This document shows, piece after piece, positions 32,835 through 41,210 of a stretch of DNA of 64,000 nt. The stretch covers positions 1,856,136-1,920,135 of the forward strand of contig JBJBDC010000001.1 in NCBI GenBank assembly GCA_047285535.1, read 5' to 3'. The notes beneath the pieces are model-generated. The model ran no database searches. It was not told the DNA's origin and saw only the letters and a list, made by a program, of their open reading frames with translations. Made by a program: the position numbers and the translations under genes. This DNA is from Synechococcus sp. GTDB taxonomy: Bacteria > Cyanobacteriota > Cyanobacteriia > PCC-6307 > Cyanobiaceae. Numbering within the stretch: the stretch's first letter is position 1; each line of letters opens with the position of its first letter.

Positions 32835-34478
32835 TCAATGAATGAACTGCTGATGAACGTTCTGCATCAGCTTGATGTTGTCTGAGTAATCGATCGGGAT
32901 ATTGATCAGTACAGGCACGGTCTGCTGCAAAGCCTCCTGAAGAACAGGGCCAAGCGAGTCGGCTGCATTGATGTCATAACCGCGGCAGCCAAAGGCCTCA
33001 GCGAACTTGACCACGTCATAGTGACCAAGCTGAATTCCTGAAACGCGTCCGTAGTGGGCTTGTTCCTGAAACTCAACCATGTTGTAGGAATTGCTGTTCC
33101 AAATCAGATGGACAAAACGGCTGCCCATTCTCACGGCCGTTTCTAGTTCGGTAGCCGTGAACAAAAATCCGCCATCACCAGATATGGAGATCACGGGATG
33201 GGGGTGATTGACCATGCTGGCGACGATCGCCCAGGGGAGAGCGACCCCAAGGGTCTGCTGCCCATTGCTCACCAGGACCTGACGAGCGTGCTCAGCTCTG
33301 GCATAACGGTTCATCCATATGTAATGAGACCCAACATCCAGACATAGAGTGGTCTCAGGAGTTATCACCTTGCTGAGCTCATGGATCACCCGTAACGGAT
33401 GAAGAGGGGATCCATTCATCGAGGCACCCTCCGCAGCGGTAGCCATCAGATCAGCTTCCTGAACAGCAGCCAGCACCTTGAATTCAGGGTCGATGTTCGG
33501 AACCGAGCGCTGAGACAGTGCTTGGAGATTTTGGCCAAGATCTCCAATCAGTTCGAGATCTGGCAGAAAAGCCCGGTCTTGATCAGCCAGCTGAACATCA
33601 AGTGTCACCAGAGGCCGAGAGTTATCTGTATTCCATATGCTTGGGTCGTATTCAACAGGGTCAAATCCAACACAAATGACCCCATCAGCTGCATTCAGGA
33701 GAGCATCGGCGGGTTGATTGCGAAACAGACCAAGCTTGCCGACAAACTGCTGAGGAGCAACCCAGGCCCCGGGTCCTTGAAATGTTGAGGCATAAGGAAT
33801 TCCGCTATGAGTGACATAGGCCGTCAAAGCTTCGGCATATTCAGAGGAAGAAACCTTCATGCCAAGCAGCAACAGGGGCTTATGCATTGCTTGAATGATC
33901 TGAGCGGCCTGATCGAGCACGCAAGGCTGACTTGACCCAAGCGTGTAGGGCTGGCCCCAACCCCTCGTTGGCGTCCCCGAGAGATCTGCCAAACCAATAT
34001 CTCTAGGCAATCCGAGGAACGAGGCCCCAGGGCGACCGCCTTCTGCGGCCCTCATCGCATTACCTAGTACTTCCGGCAAATCATGAACGGTCAGAGCAGA
34101 CTGAGAAAACTTCGTAGCCGGCTTCATCAGAGCCACGGCATCAAGGGACTGATGCGTTTGCTTAAAACGATCATCGAGAGGGACCTCACCACCGATAGCC
34201 AGAACCGGGTCTCCCTCTGTTGTTGCAGTGGCCAACCCCGTCACCAGATTGGTTACTCCCGGACCAGAGGTGGCTACACAGACACCGAGACGTCCAGTCA
34301 ATCGACCAACGGCCTGAGCCATAAACGCTGCATTTTGCTCATGCCGACACAGCACAAGCTCAATCGACGAATCAAGTAATGCGTTGAAGACACTGTCAAC
34401 CTTGGCTCCTGGCACACCGAACACATGGGTAACTCCATGCTGTTCAAGCGTCTTGACCAGAAAGGCAGCACCGTTCAT
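32835..34478 (-). CDS. alsS: catabolic acetolactate synthase
   Basis: FGVPGAKVD, RHEQNAAFMA, LDVGSHYIW, SNGQQTLGVALPWAI, GDGGFLF, YNMV and PIDYSDN, typical of the AlsS/BudB subtype; adjacent to alsD. Confidence 0.92.
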   Translation of the reverse strand: MNGAAFLVKTLEQHGVTHVFGVPGAKVDSVFNALLDSSIELVLCRHEQNAAFMAQAVGRLTGRLGVCVATSGPGVTNLVTGLATATTEGDPVLAIGGEVPLDDRFKQTHQSLDAVALMKPATKFSQSALTVHDLPEVLGNAMRAAEGGRPGASFLGLPRDIGLADLSGTPTRGWGQPYTLGSSQPCVLDQAAQIIQAMHKPLLLLGMKVSSSEYAEALTAYVTHSGIPYASTFQGPGAWVAPQQFVGKLGLFRNQPADALLNAADGVICVGFDPVEYDPSIWNTDNSRPLVTLDVQLADQDRAFLPDLELIGDLGQNLQALSQRSVPNIDPEFKVLAAVQEADLMATAAEGASMNGSPLHPLRVIHELSKVITPETTLCLDVGSHYIWMNRYARAEHARQVLVSNGQQTLGVALPWAIVASMVNHPHPVISISGDGGFLFTATELETAVRMGSRFVHLIWNSNSYNMVEFQEQAHYGRVSGIQLGHYDVVKFAEAFGCRGYDINAADSLGPVLQEALQQTVPVLINIPIDYSDNIKLMQNVHQQFIH

Positions 34479-34487
34479 CTGACACTC

Positions 34488-34493
34488 ATTCTA
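34488..34493 (-). promoter_or_regulatory. putative -10 element (TAGAAT) of alsS
   Basis: TAGAAT lies 9 nt upstream of the alsS ATG in an AT-rich context. Confidence 0.35.
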
Positions 34494-35177
34494 CTAATAC
34501 TGTTTTGCCAATAAAAAAACTGAATGGCAGCATCAAGACCAAAAGCTTTTTCGATCTCCCTGGAGAGCATGAACATCAAAGGATCAGGCGCCGAGCAGCT
34601 TTTATCAATAAATATTAAAAGACAGAGAGTGCATCTTACCTAATTTCACATCACATCATGGGAATAACTTGGACTCAAAAAACTTTTTCTAATACATCAA
34701 AATTGCCGTCACCGCCCCAATCAAGTGAACAGCCCGTCCAAAAGAGAGCAAATATCGAGCCGCGAGAAGGCAAGAATTGACCCCACATCAACACCAGAGC
34801 ATCTTTAACAATCTCAGCGCTCAAAACCCATTCAATTGCACCTTAAAACAGCTCAATCGAATTTTTATCAGCCCAATCAATCCAAGACGTCGAGCACAAC
34901 TAATCAGCTAAACTTCCAGCATAGCGCTACACCCTTACGCGTTAAGCATTACAAATGCAGCGAAAATTTTGGCATTCTCGAACATCATCGCATGATCAAT
35001 ATTGATATTTTGAGAGTTTTAATGCCATTGAAGCGAGCCTCCATCATGACCGCCATGAGCTTGTTGCCTCCATCCACTGCTCAAGGCCTTTTGAGCTACC
35101 AACCCAATCAGCCTCTTCTCTGCTAAACCTCAACAACCTGGTTGCCGATCAAAGCAGATTCGAACAGGCTGAAGAAA

Positions 35178-35732
35178 ATGCAAGGTTCTATGAAGTCAAT
35201 TCATTCCCCAAGGCGGTACTTCGGAGGCCCACTCCTTGGCCTGCTGTTCACTGGGCTCGGATTAGCCCCTGCCAATTCGCAAACCATTGATTTCAGCAGT
35301 CGTGAACTGGAGCAAGGCTTAGCCCTCGAACGGGCCATCAATGCCCAGCGTGTTCGCGTAGGGATGCCAGCACTGAAACCACTCAATCAAGACCTGCAGA
35401 GATTGCAACTGTCCTACAGCGCTGCTGTACTCAACGAGCTCTTGGATCGCGCCAACTGTGATCACGACTACAGGGCCTTAAAAACTTTGCAAAACCAGGT
35501 CTCAAAAACATCAGCAACGATTGCCACCGCCTTTCCAGCCAGCGAGGTGATTGGCTGCCCTATTCAATCCCGAGCCTGGAGCACACAGTCGATGATGAGG
35601 CGCTGGGAGGAATCCCCTCATCACAACCAGATCCTCTTTCAGCGTCCCAACAGAAGCAACATTGGATGCTCCGTGAAGTCCCGTGGAGGGTTTGTCGCAT
35701 CGATTTGCACCCTCTGGACTCCTTACAATTAA
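35178..35732 (+). CDS. secreted CAP (SCP-like) domain protein
   Basis: Signal-like GGPLLGLLFTGLGLAPANS, INAQRVRVGMPAL, WEESPHHNQIL, NIGC; start uncertain. Confidence 0.8.
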   Translation: MQGSMKSIHSPRRYFGGPLLGLLFTGLGLAPANSQTIDFSSRELEQGLALERAINAQRVRVGMPALKPLNQDLQRLQLSYSAAVLNELLDRANCDHDYRALKTLQNQVSKTSATIATAFPASEVIGCPIQSRAWSTQSMMRRWEESPHHNQILFQRPNRSNIGCSVKSRGGFVASICTLWTPYN

Positions 35733-36505
35733 ATTCATCGATCGCAACCGTATTGCGCCCTAAAATGAATTCGCAAAGAACATATACCTTCAACACGATG
35801 ATACAAACCTAAACATCAAAAGCGCAACGAAACATAGCGACGTCATCATTCAATTAAACAAAGCCGATGAGAAAAATCGGAACTCAAGCCAACAAGTAGT
35901 GAATACCGACCAGGTAGGAATAGTCTCAATGAATCAATTCATTAATCTATCGCCAAAGTTCAACATTTTAAATTCCCAGCATTCGCAATTGACGCGAAAT
36001 GCAATGGAGCCATGGGAGCAGGCACGGGACCATCCTCAAGACACGCATCTAAGCAAGGCATCCCCAAAACGAGCAATGCGCCCACGCCAGCGCAGGCCAA
36101 ACATCCAAACAAACGAGAGGTCAACTTCGCCACATTCGGCAATAGCTTTCCCAAAAAAACGCGACGAGCCCAAAGGGAACAGCCAGGAATCCACTGGTCT
36201 AGCAGCTGGAGATTAAGATCAATGAATTTAAGCGTAGAGATATTTAGCGAAGTTCAATAAGACCGGGAATGAACGCGTTTACAACGAAAACTCAATGAAG
36301 TTGAGTGAAATCAGCGCAGCAAAAGTGACTCCATCATGATTTACGAAACACGTCGCAACAGTGCAGCTCGAGCTTCCATTTAGATTTTTTGGAGCGTTAA
36401 TCGCGGGCCCTGCCCTAAAGATTATGTCTCGAACATTCAAAGAGGCTGCATTGCTTGGCGGGACTTTCCTCTGCGGACTTGGCGCCCTTGAGTTGGCACT
36501 TCGCT

Positions 36506-36808
36506 TCAGTGGCTACTGAGGTGAAGTCCGTCCAGCGAGCGGATAATGTCCGACACCTGATCACCATTAACCCAATAAAGACAGCCGTCTTCAACGTTGG
36601 CCACCTGGCACATAGGGCTTCTCCCTGAATCTCTGTCGCCTGCCTCACAGAAGACAACCTGACCCATCCACCAATCCCCTGGGGCCCTTAATCCAACTTG
36701 AAACTGCGCTTGCACGATCACAAAGTCGCCAGCACAGACACGCCTTGACCTTGAAGCCACTGCGCTGAGCGGGGGAACAGGAGCAAGAAACAGAGGATCA
36801 AGACTCAC
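36506..36808 (-). CDS. DUF3104-family protein
   Basis: GDFVIV, DWWMGQVVFCEAGDRD, QVANVEDG..WVNGDQV. Confidence 0.8.
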   Translation of the reverse strand: MSLDPLFLAPVPPLSAVASRSRRVCAGDFVIVQAQFQVGLRAPGDWWMGQVVFCEAGDRDSGRSPMCQVANVEDGCLYWVNGDQVSDIIRSLDGLHLSSH

Positions 36809-36824
36809 TAGTACTTCTGAACTG
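36809..36824. promoter_or_regulatory. putative cyanobacterial LexA-like operator
   Basis: TAGTACTTCTGAACTG resembles the AGTAC-N4-GTACT palindrome (one mismatch) and abuts the DUF3104 GTG start. Confidence 0.45.
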
Positions 36825-36929
36825 CCAAGCAGGTTCTAGGCCACCTGGAGCGACCGGTCAAGCCCGCTTGGCGCACCGACTGGCTTCACGTTTCGCAACA
36901 AAGATGCTTAAAGTAACTTCAACAGCTGG

Positions 36930-37028
36930 ATGTCTATGTCTACTCAAGACCTCTTAGTGCTTGTCGTCAGCTTCGGCGCAGCCTGCTTCGCTCTCAACAT
37001 CTACAAGATCAACCAGACCGCACGCTGA
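36930..37028 (+). CDS. putative 32-aa single-TM small protein
   Basis: Hand translation MSMSTQDLLVLVVSFGAACFALNIYKINQTAR*; below the ORF-track size cutoff. Confidence 0.45.
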   Translation: MSMSTQDLLVLVVSFGAACFALNIYKINQTAR

Positions 37029-37127
37029 GCAAAGACCAGTTCCAGTTGAAAGCGTTGAGCCTAAAGTTCAATTTTGGCTGCATATTTTTTACGTTGTTAT
37101 ACTTTTATATTGTATTCACTTAGAGAG

Positions 37128-37829
37128 ATGGAAAGTTACGGTTCAGCCTTTGATCCAATGAATTGGCTCAAAGCAATCAATCATTGTGTGCCTAGTTTGA
37201 CGTTACAAGCGGGAGAAAGGGTGCTGACTGAAGTCGTTTCCATCAATAATTTTTTTACCGATTGCCAGTTACCATTAACCATATTGCAATATCCATTGAC
37301 TGTACCTGCAGAATTACATGCATTAATTCGCTCGGATGTTTTGTTAAATGAATCCGAGTCTGATGAAGTAATGCACGCTATCTTACCTTCCAAGAGTGAA
37401 GCGTTGTCATTGTTAGAACAAGTTAATCTTATTCCCGCTGTTGCTGCTGATTATTGGTCGATGCAGTCCACTAATGTATTAAATCAGTGTGACTACCCAC
37501 GCTTGAATCAGTCATCAACATTGCAGCAGGAAAAGATTGTGACTGACTTAGATCGTTTTCACCGCAACATGACGTTAGAAGGTGTGCCTAGTGATGAGTT
37601 TATTTATATGTTGAACGGTAGTGTGCATTTTTATTTTTTTACGGCTCGTGGCGTGGTGCATCTGGATGTCACAGCGGCTGATGGTGCGGGTTGGTTACTG
37701 GTTTACAAAGGCAGTATTCCGCATGGCGGCATGTTTTCTCCGAATACAAAACAGCTAGCATTAATTGCAGGGCCTAGAGAGTGGAAAATGCAGTTTTACA
37801 GTTTAGACGAGTTGCAATCTGAGACATAA
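37128..37829 (+). CDS. divergent cupin, acireductone dioxygenase (ARD)-like
   Basis: LDRFHRN...SDEFIYMLNGSVHFYF...GSIPHGG...GPREWKMQF; AT-rich gene with extended -10-like TGtTATACT at 37095-37103. Confidence 0.55.
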   Translation: MESYGSAFDPMNWLKAINHCVPSLTLQAGERVLTEVVSINNFFTDCQLPLTILQYPLTVPAELHALIRSDVLLNESESDEVMHAILPSKSEALSLLEQVNLIPAVAADYWSMQSTNVLNQCDYPRLNQSSTLQQEKIVTDLDRFHRNMTLEGVPSDEFIYMLNGSVHFYFFTARGVVHLDVTAADGAGWLLVYKGSIPHGGMFSPNTKQLALIAGPREWKMQFYSLDELQSET

Positions 37830-38110
37830 TATCGCGGGTAGTTTTTAGCCAATTTTTGATGGGTTTACAATTTGCAGATCACCAAGGCATTCATGCGTTG
37901 CTATCAGTGGTGAAAATCATGCCGGCTTCTGAACATCCAAGTGATTAATGATTAAAGGGTGGCCATGGGTCATGACAAACAAAGTCAATAGAATTGATCT
38001 TCCTGGCGATTGGAGCATCAATACTATACTGATGATCCCTCTTCTCAGCAGTTAATTTCAATTTCTACTTGCCATAAAACTCTTGATGTTCCCCTCTTGA
38101 CATCATTTTT

Positions 38111-39484
38111 TTAAAATCCTAAGTTTTCTTCCTCAATGATTGGTTGGCTGATCCAATCCTTTTCGGTCGTATAGATCAAGCTCGATTTCTCATGCTCCAT
38201 CGTTCTGATGAAATCAGTGGCTTTCTGACGCTTGGAGGTCAAATCATCATTGTGGAGATGAATCCAGTTTGCCCATTGCTGGCGCATAAGATTGCGCTCT
38301 TGAATAACAGTGTTCGAGCGTCTCCAGACCAACCACCTGACCAACGGCAGCACAATTAGTAAGAGGGAATAGATGATTCCAAATGTGGCAATGCCCACCA
38401 GCGATGCCGACACTGGAAGACTCCAATTGAGTAACAGCAAAGACATTCCCAGCAGGATCACAACCAAAACTCCGTAGGCCCGACGCTGCCACTGATTGGC
38501 ATGAGTGAAAGGAATCCGTCGTTCCCGTAGTGGCAATGAAACACCCTTGGCCTTTGAGCGCTCCTCAATGGAGCTGTCAGCAGAGGAAAAATCTTCCGCT
38601 GCTCCTTCATAGAGAGATGGAAAGCAATAGAGCAAATCGCCTTGATCCGTGACCTGGGGCTGGCCATCAAAATGCAGCAAAACCGGCAACATGCCCTGGT
38701 CGGCGCGTTCCGAAGCCACCAGTGACTCATGGGGCTGCAATTCAGAGAGCTTTAATTCAGAAGGATTTAATTCAGAGCGTTGTGAACGAGACGGTAGTGA
38801 TCCCAAATCCAACAGGGGTGCCAGGTCTTCAGCAATCACAACCCCACCACGGTGTCGCAAGAAGCTTCCGATGCGTTGCCATCTTTTCTGGTCGAGATCT
38901 TGGTTAGGATCTCCATCGCCAAATAAAATGGAATACACCGATTCCAAAAACGCAACACGATTAGGTGGCGACTGATCCTTACCGGAAGGGAAGCGACCTG
39001 GAGAGCCAATCCAGAACTGATCAGTGAGCACCGCTACAACAATGCGGAGGATGAGCTCTAGTCCTCCACCGACAAACGACATCAGCGCGTTGGCGGCGTC
39101 ATCTTCGGCCTTCAACAAAGCCAAGCCCATAAGGAGCACAAGCAGGCTGATCAAAACAACCATCACAACGAGCACGACCCCGAAGCTGCAGCGAATGATC
39201 CGGAACAGCAGCGACCAAACACGGCGCAAACAGGCATGAAGACGCAGACGCCAAGATCGTGCCAACAGGAAACGGCGCAGCTGAGAACGGAAGACATACG
39301 TGACGTTTCCATCCTTTGAGACTCGCAGCTGAGCACCACTGGCCACAGCTAACGCGAGCAGCCTTGGCTCAACGATGTTCAAAGGCAAGCCAGTTGCGAT
39401 GGCAGCATCTGCGGTTGTCCACGCACCGCCCTGAACCCCCAACAACGTCAACAGCGCATCGTCCGTGTTCGATCGTCCTCTCAA
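38111..39484 (-). CDS. conserved membrane protein resembling the plant At5g03900-like cyanobacterial family
   Basis: TADAAIATGLPL..LLALA...LRVSKDGNVTYVF, FLESVYSILFGDGDPN, GGVVIAEDLAPLLD, FDGQPQVTDQGDLLYCFP. Confidence 0.75.
   Translation of the reverse strand: MRGRSNTDDALLTLLGVQGGAWTTADAAIATGLPLNIVEPRLLALAVASGAQLRVSKDGNVTYVFRSQLRRFLLARSWRLRLHACLRRVWSLLFRIIRCSFGVVLVVMVVLISLLVLLMGLALLKAEDDAANALMSFVGGGLELILRIVVAVLTDQFWIGSPGRFPSGKDQSPPNRVAFLESVYSILFGDGDPNQDLDQKRWQRIGSFLRHRGGVVIAEDLAPLLDLGSLPSRSQRSELNPSELKLSELQPHESLVASERADQGMLPVLLHFDGQPQVTDQGDLLYCFPSLYEGAAEDFSSADSSIEERSKAKGVSLPLRERRIPFTHANQWQRRAYGVLVVILLGMSLLLLNWSLPVSASLVGIATFGIIYSLLLIVLPLVRWLVWRRSNTVIQERNLMRQQWANWIHLHNDDLTSKRQKATDFIRTMEHEKSSLIYTTEKDWISQPIIEEENLGF
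38739..38783. repeat. three imperfect 15-nt tandem repeats
   Basis: aattcagagagcttt / aattcagaaggattt / aattcagagcgttgt, encoding the SELNPSELKLSELQ segment on the minus strand. Confidence 0.75.
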
Positions 39485-40467
39485 CGTGCCGCACCGTCAT
39501 GGTCAGCAAGCATCTTTGGAGGCTGAGCCTGCAGGGATAGTGGTTTCAATGGGGGCCAGCACAAATCTTCTAAGCGCCAAGCGTGCAACTGATACCCTCC
39601 ATCACCGGGTGTTGCCGTCGCGCAAAGCTCCTGATCCGATCGATATAAGGGATCCCCAAGCAAAGGACAACCAATTTGAGCGAGATGAATGCGGATCTGA
39701 TGGGGTCGGCCCGTTCGAATCAGCACTTCTAGAAGGTCTCCAGCGTCGCGTCGCTCCCTCAATCGCAAGACAGATTGTGCCGACAAGCGCTTACGCAATG
39801 GCACAGGTGTCTTTGGCTCTGGTCCCCAAACCCAACCGAGCCAAGGATGCCGACGCTCCACAACATCGGTTGTGACTTCAAGGGTGTGACCGTGTTGAAG
39901 GCTCTCCACGCGAGGCGTCCAAGCCAGGTACGTTTTGCGGCAACCACCTTCGGGTCGAAATTGATTCGACAACGCTGCTCGCGTTTCAGGTCTTCGCGCG
40001 CACACTTGCAGGCCAGAGGTAAAGCGCCCGAGGCGATGAATAGGCTTCGGAACCAAAGCCTCTCCCAGACAGTGACTTCGTCGCTCCAATAATGCCATCA
40101 AGGTGTGATTCAGGAAGCCGCCACCTGGCATCACTGGCAACCCTGAGGGCTTATTAACAACCAGCACATCGCCGTCATCATGAAGGGTGTCCCACTGATC
40201 GGGAATTGCTGCTTCAAGCCAGGGTGGACGATGCCAATGGATGACATCTCCCGCAGCGAGAACCCTATCCGAATGAAGGACCTCACCATTGCAGCTCAAC
40301 TCAGCTGCCGCTAATCGCTGCAGCCAAGTTGTCAAAGACGAGTGGCGATAACGCTCTGCCATCACCACACTCAAAAGCCTGCCATTTTCGGCAGCCCTGG
40401 CCCGATCGGAATAGATCCAGCCGTTATTCAACGCCGCCGGCCGCCACTTCGCCGGAGCAGCGATCAA
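39481..40467 (-). CDS. RluA-family pseudouridine synthase
   Basis: NKPSGLPV, HRLGRFTSG, TGRPHQIRIHLA, GDPLY. HRLG replaces the usual HRLD. Confidence 0.88.
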   Translation of the reverse strand: MIAAPAKWRPAALNNGWIYSDRARAAENGRLLSVVMAERYRHSSLTTWLQRLAAAELSCNGEVLHSDRVLAAGDVIHWHRPPWLEAAIPDQWDTLHDDGDVLVVNKPSGLPVMPGGGFLNHTLMALLERRSHCLGEALVPKPIHRLGRFTSGLQVCARRPETRAALSNQFRPEGGCRKTYLAWTPRVESLQHGHTLEVTTDVVERRHPWLGWVWGPEPKTPVPLRKRLSAQSVLRLRERRDAGDLLEVLIRTGRPHQIRIHLAQIGCPLLGDPLYRSDQELCATATPGDGGYQLHAWRLEDLCWPPLKPLSLQAQPPKMLADHDGAAR

Positions 40468-41177
40468 TGCACTAAATGATGTTGAAGGGCGTATCGCACC
40501 AGCTCCGTGCGACTGGAGGTTTCCGTCTTAATAAATAAACGGCTCACGTACTTCTCCACATTGCGAATCGAGGTCTCGAGCTGTCGGGCGATCTCTTTGT
40601 TCATGAGCCCCTCAGCCACGAGCTGCAAGACACTGGCCTCGCGAGGCGTGAAGCTGTGTTGTACGGGATCCTGATTAGGTAAAGCATCCGCCTGAGCCAG
40701 AAGCGATCGAATCTCCGTGATCTGCTTGGCCATCTGGCCCATATCGGTATCAGCAAACCGCGCCGCTTCCTGCAAAAGCCGCTGCTGACGCTGCGCGACA
40801 TTTCTGACCCTGGCGACGAGTTCGTCTGGATCAAACGGTTTAGGGATGTAGTCATCAACTCCTGCAAGGTATCCCTGGGTGCGATCCGCAGTCATGCCTT
40901 TGGCAGTCAGGAAGATCACTGGCGTTCCACCAAGCCGCTCGTCTGCCCGCAGCTTGCGCAGCAAGCCATAGCCATCAAGTCTGGGCATCATCACGTCGCT
41001 AATCACCAGATCAGGAAGCATCTGCTGGGCCTTGCTGAAGCCCTCTTCACCATCCTCAGCCGTTGTGACATCAAATCCCTCATCCTCTAAGTAGGCCTGA
41101 ACAGCAGTCCGCAATCCTGGCTCGTCATCAACGAGGAGCAACCTGGGTGTCGGGTCCTCGATGGGGGTGTCCGTCAT
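40464..41177 (-). CDS. NarL-family response regulator (Ycf29-like)
   Basis: LLVDDE, DVMMP, FLTAKG, KPF receiver domain plus TPRE...GLMNKEIA HTH. Confidence 0.92.
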   Translation of the reverse strand: MTDTPIEDPTPRLLLVDDEPGLRTAVQAYLEDEGFDVTTAEDGEEGFSKAQQMLPDLVISDVMMPRLDGYGLLRKLRADERLGGTPVIFLTAKGMTADRTQGYLAGVDDYIPKPFDPDELVARVRNVAQRQQRLLQEAARFADTDMGQMAKQITEIRSLLAQADALPNQDPVQHSFTPREASVLQLVAEGLMNKEIARQLETSIRNVEKYVSRLFIKTETSSRTELVRYALQHHLVH

Positions 41178-41210
41178 TGGCCTGACGCATCTGTGCGGAA
41201 TCTAGAGGCG

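Larger units (their letters stand above)
29214..38110. other. accessory genomic region (island) with no visible integrase
   Basis: Non-core cargo genes, long AT-rich spacers (34479-35177, 35733-36505, 37830-38110) and low coding density between core genes; the right boundary may extend to 39480. Confidence 0.7.

Noticed and set aside
34689..34830. Possible frameshifted membrane-protein remnant on the minus strand upstream of alsS
   Set aside because: Two short hydrophobic frames with no recognisable family; indistinguishable from chance in T-rich sequence.
29214..39480. Prophage, IS element, integron or CRISPR explanation for the island
   Set aside because: No integrase, transposase, phage structural gene, regularly spaced repeats or attachment-site duplication was seen.
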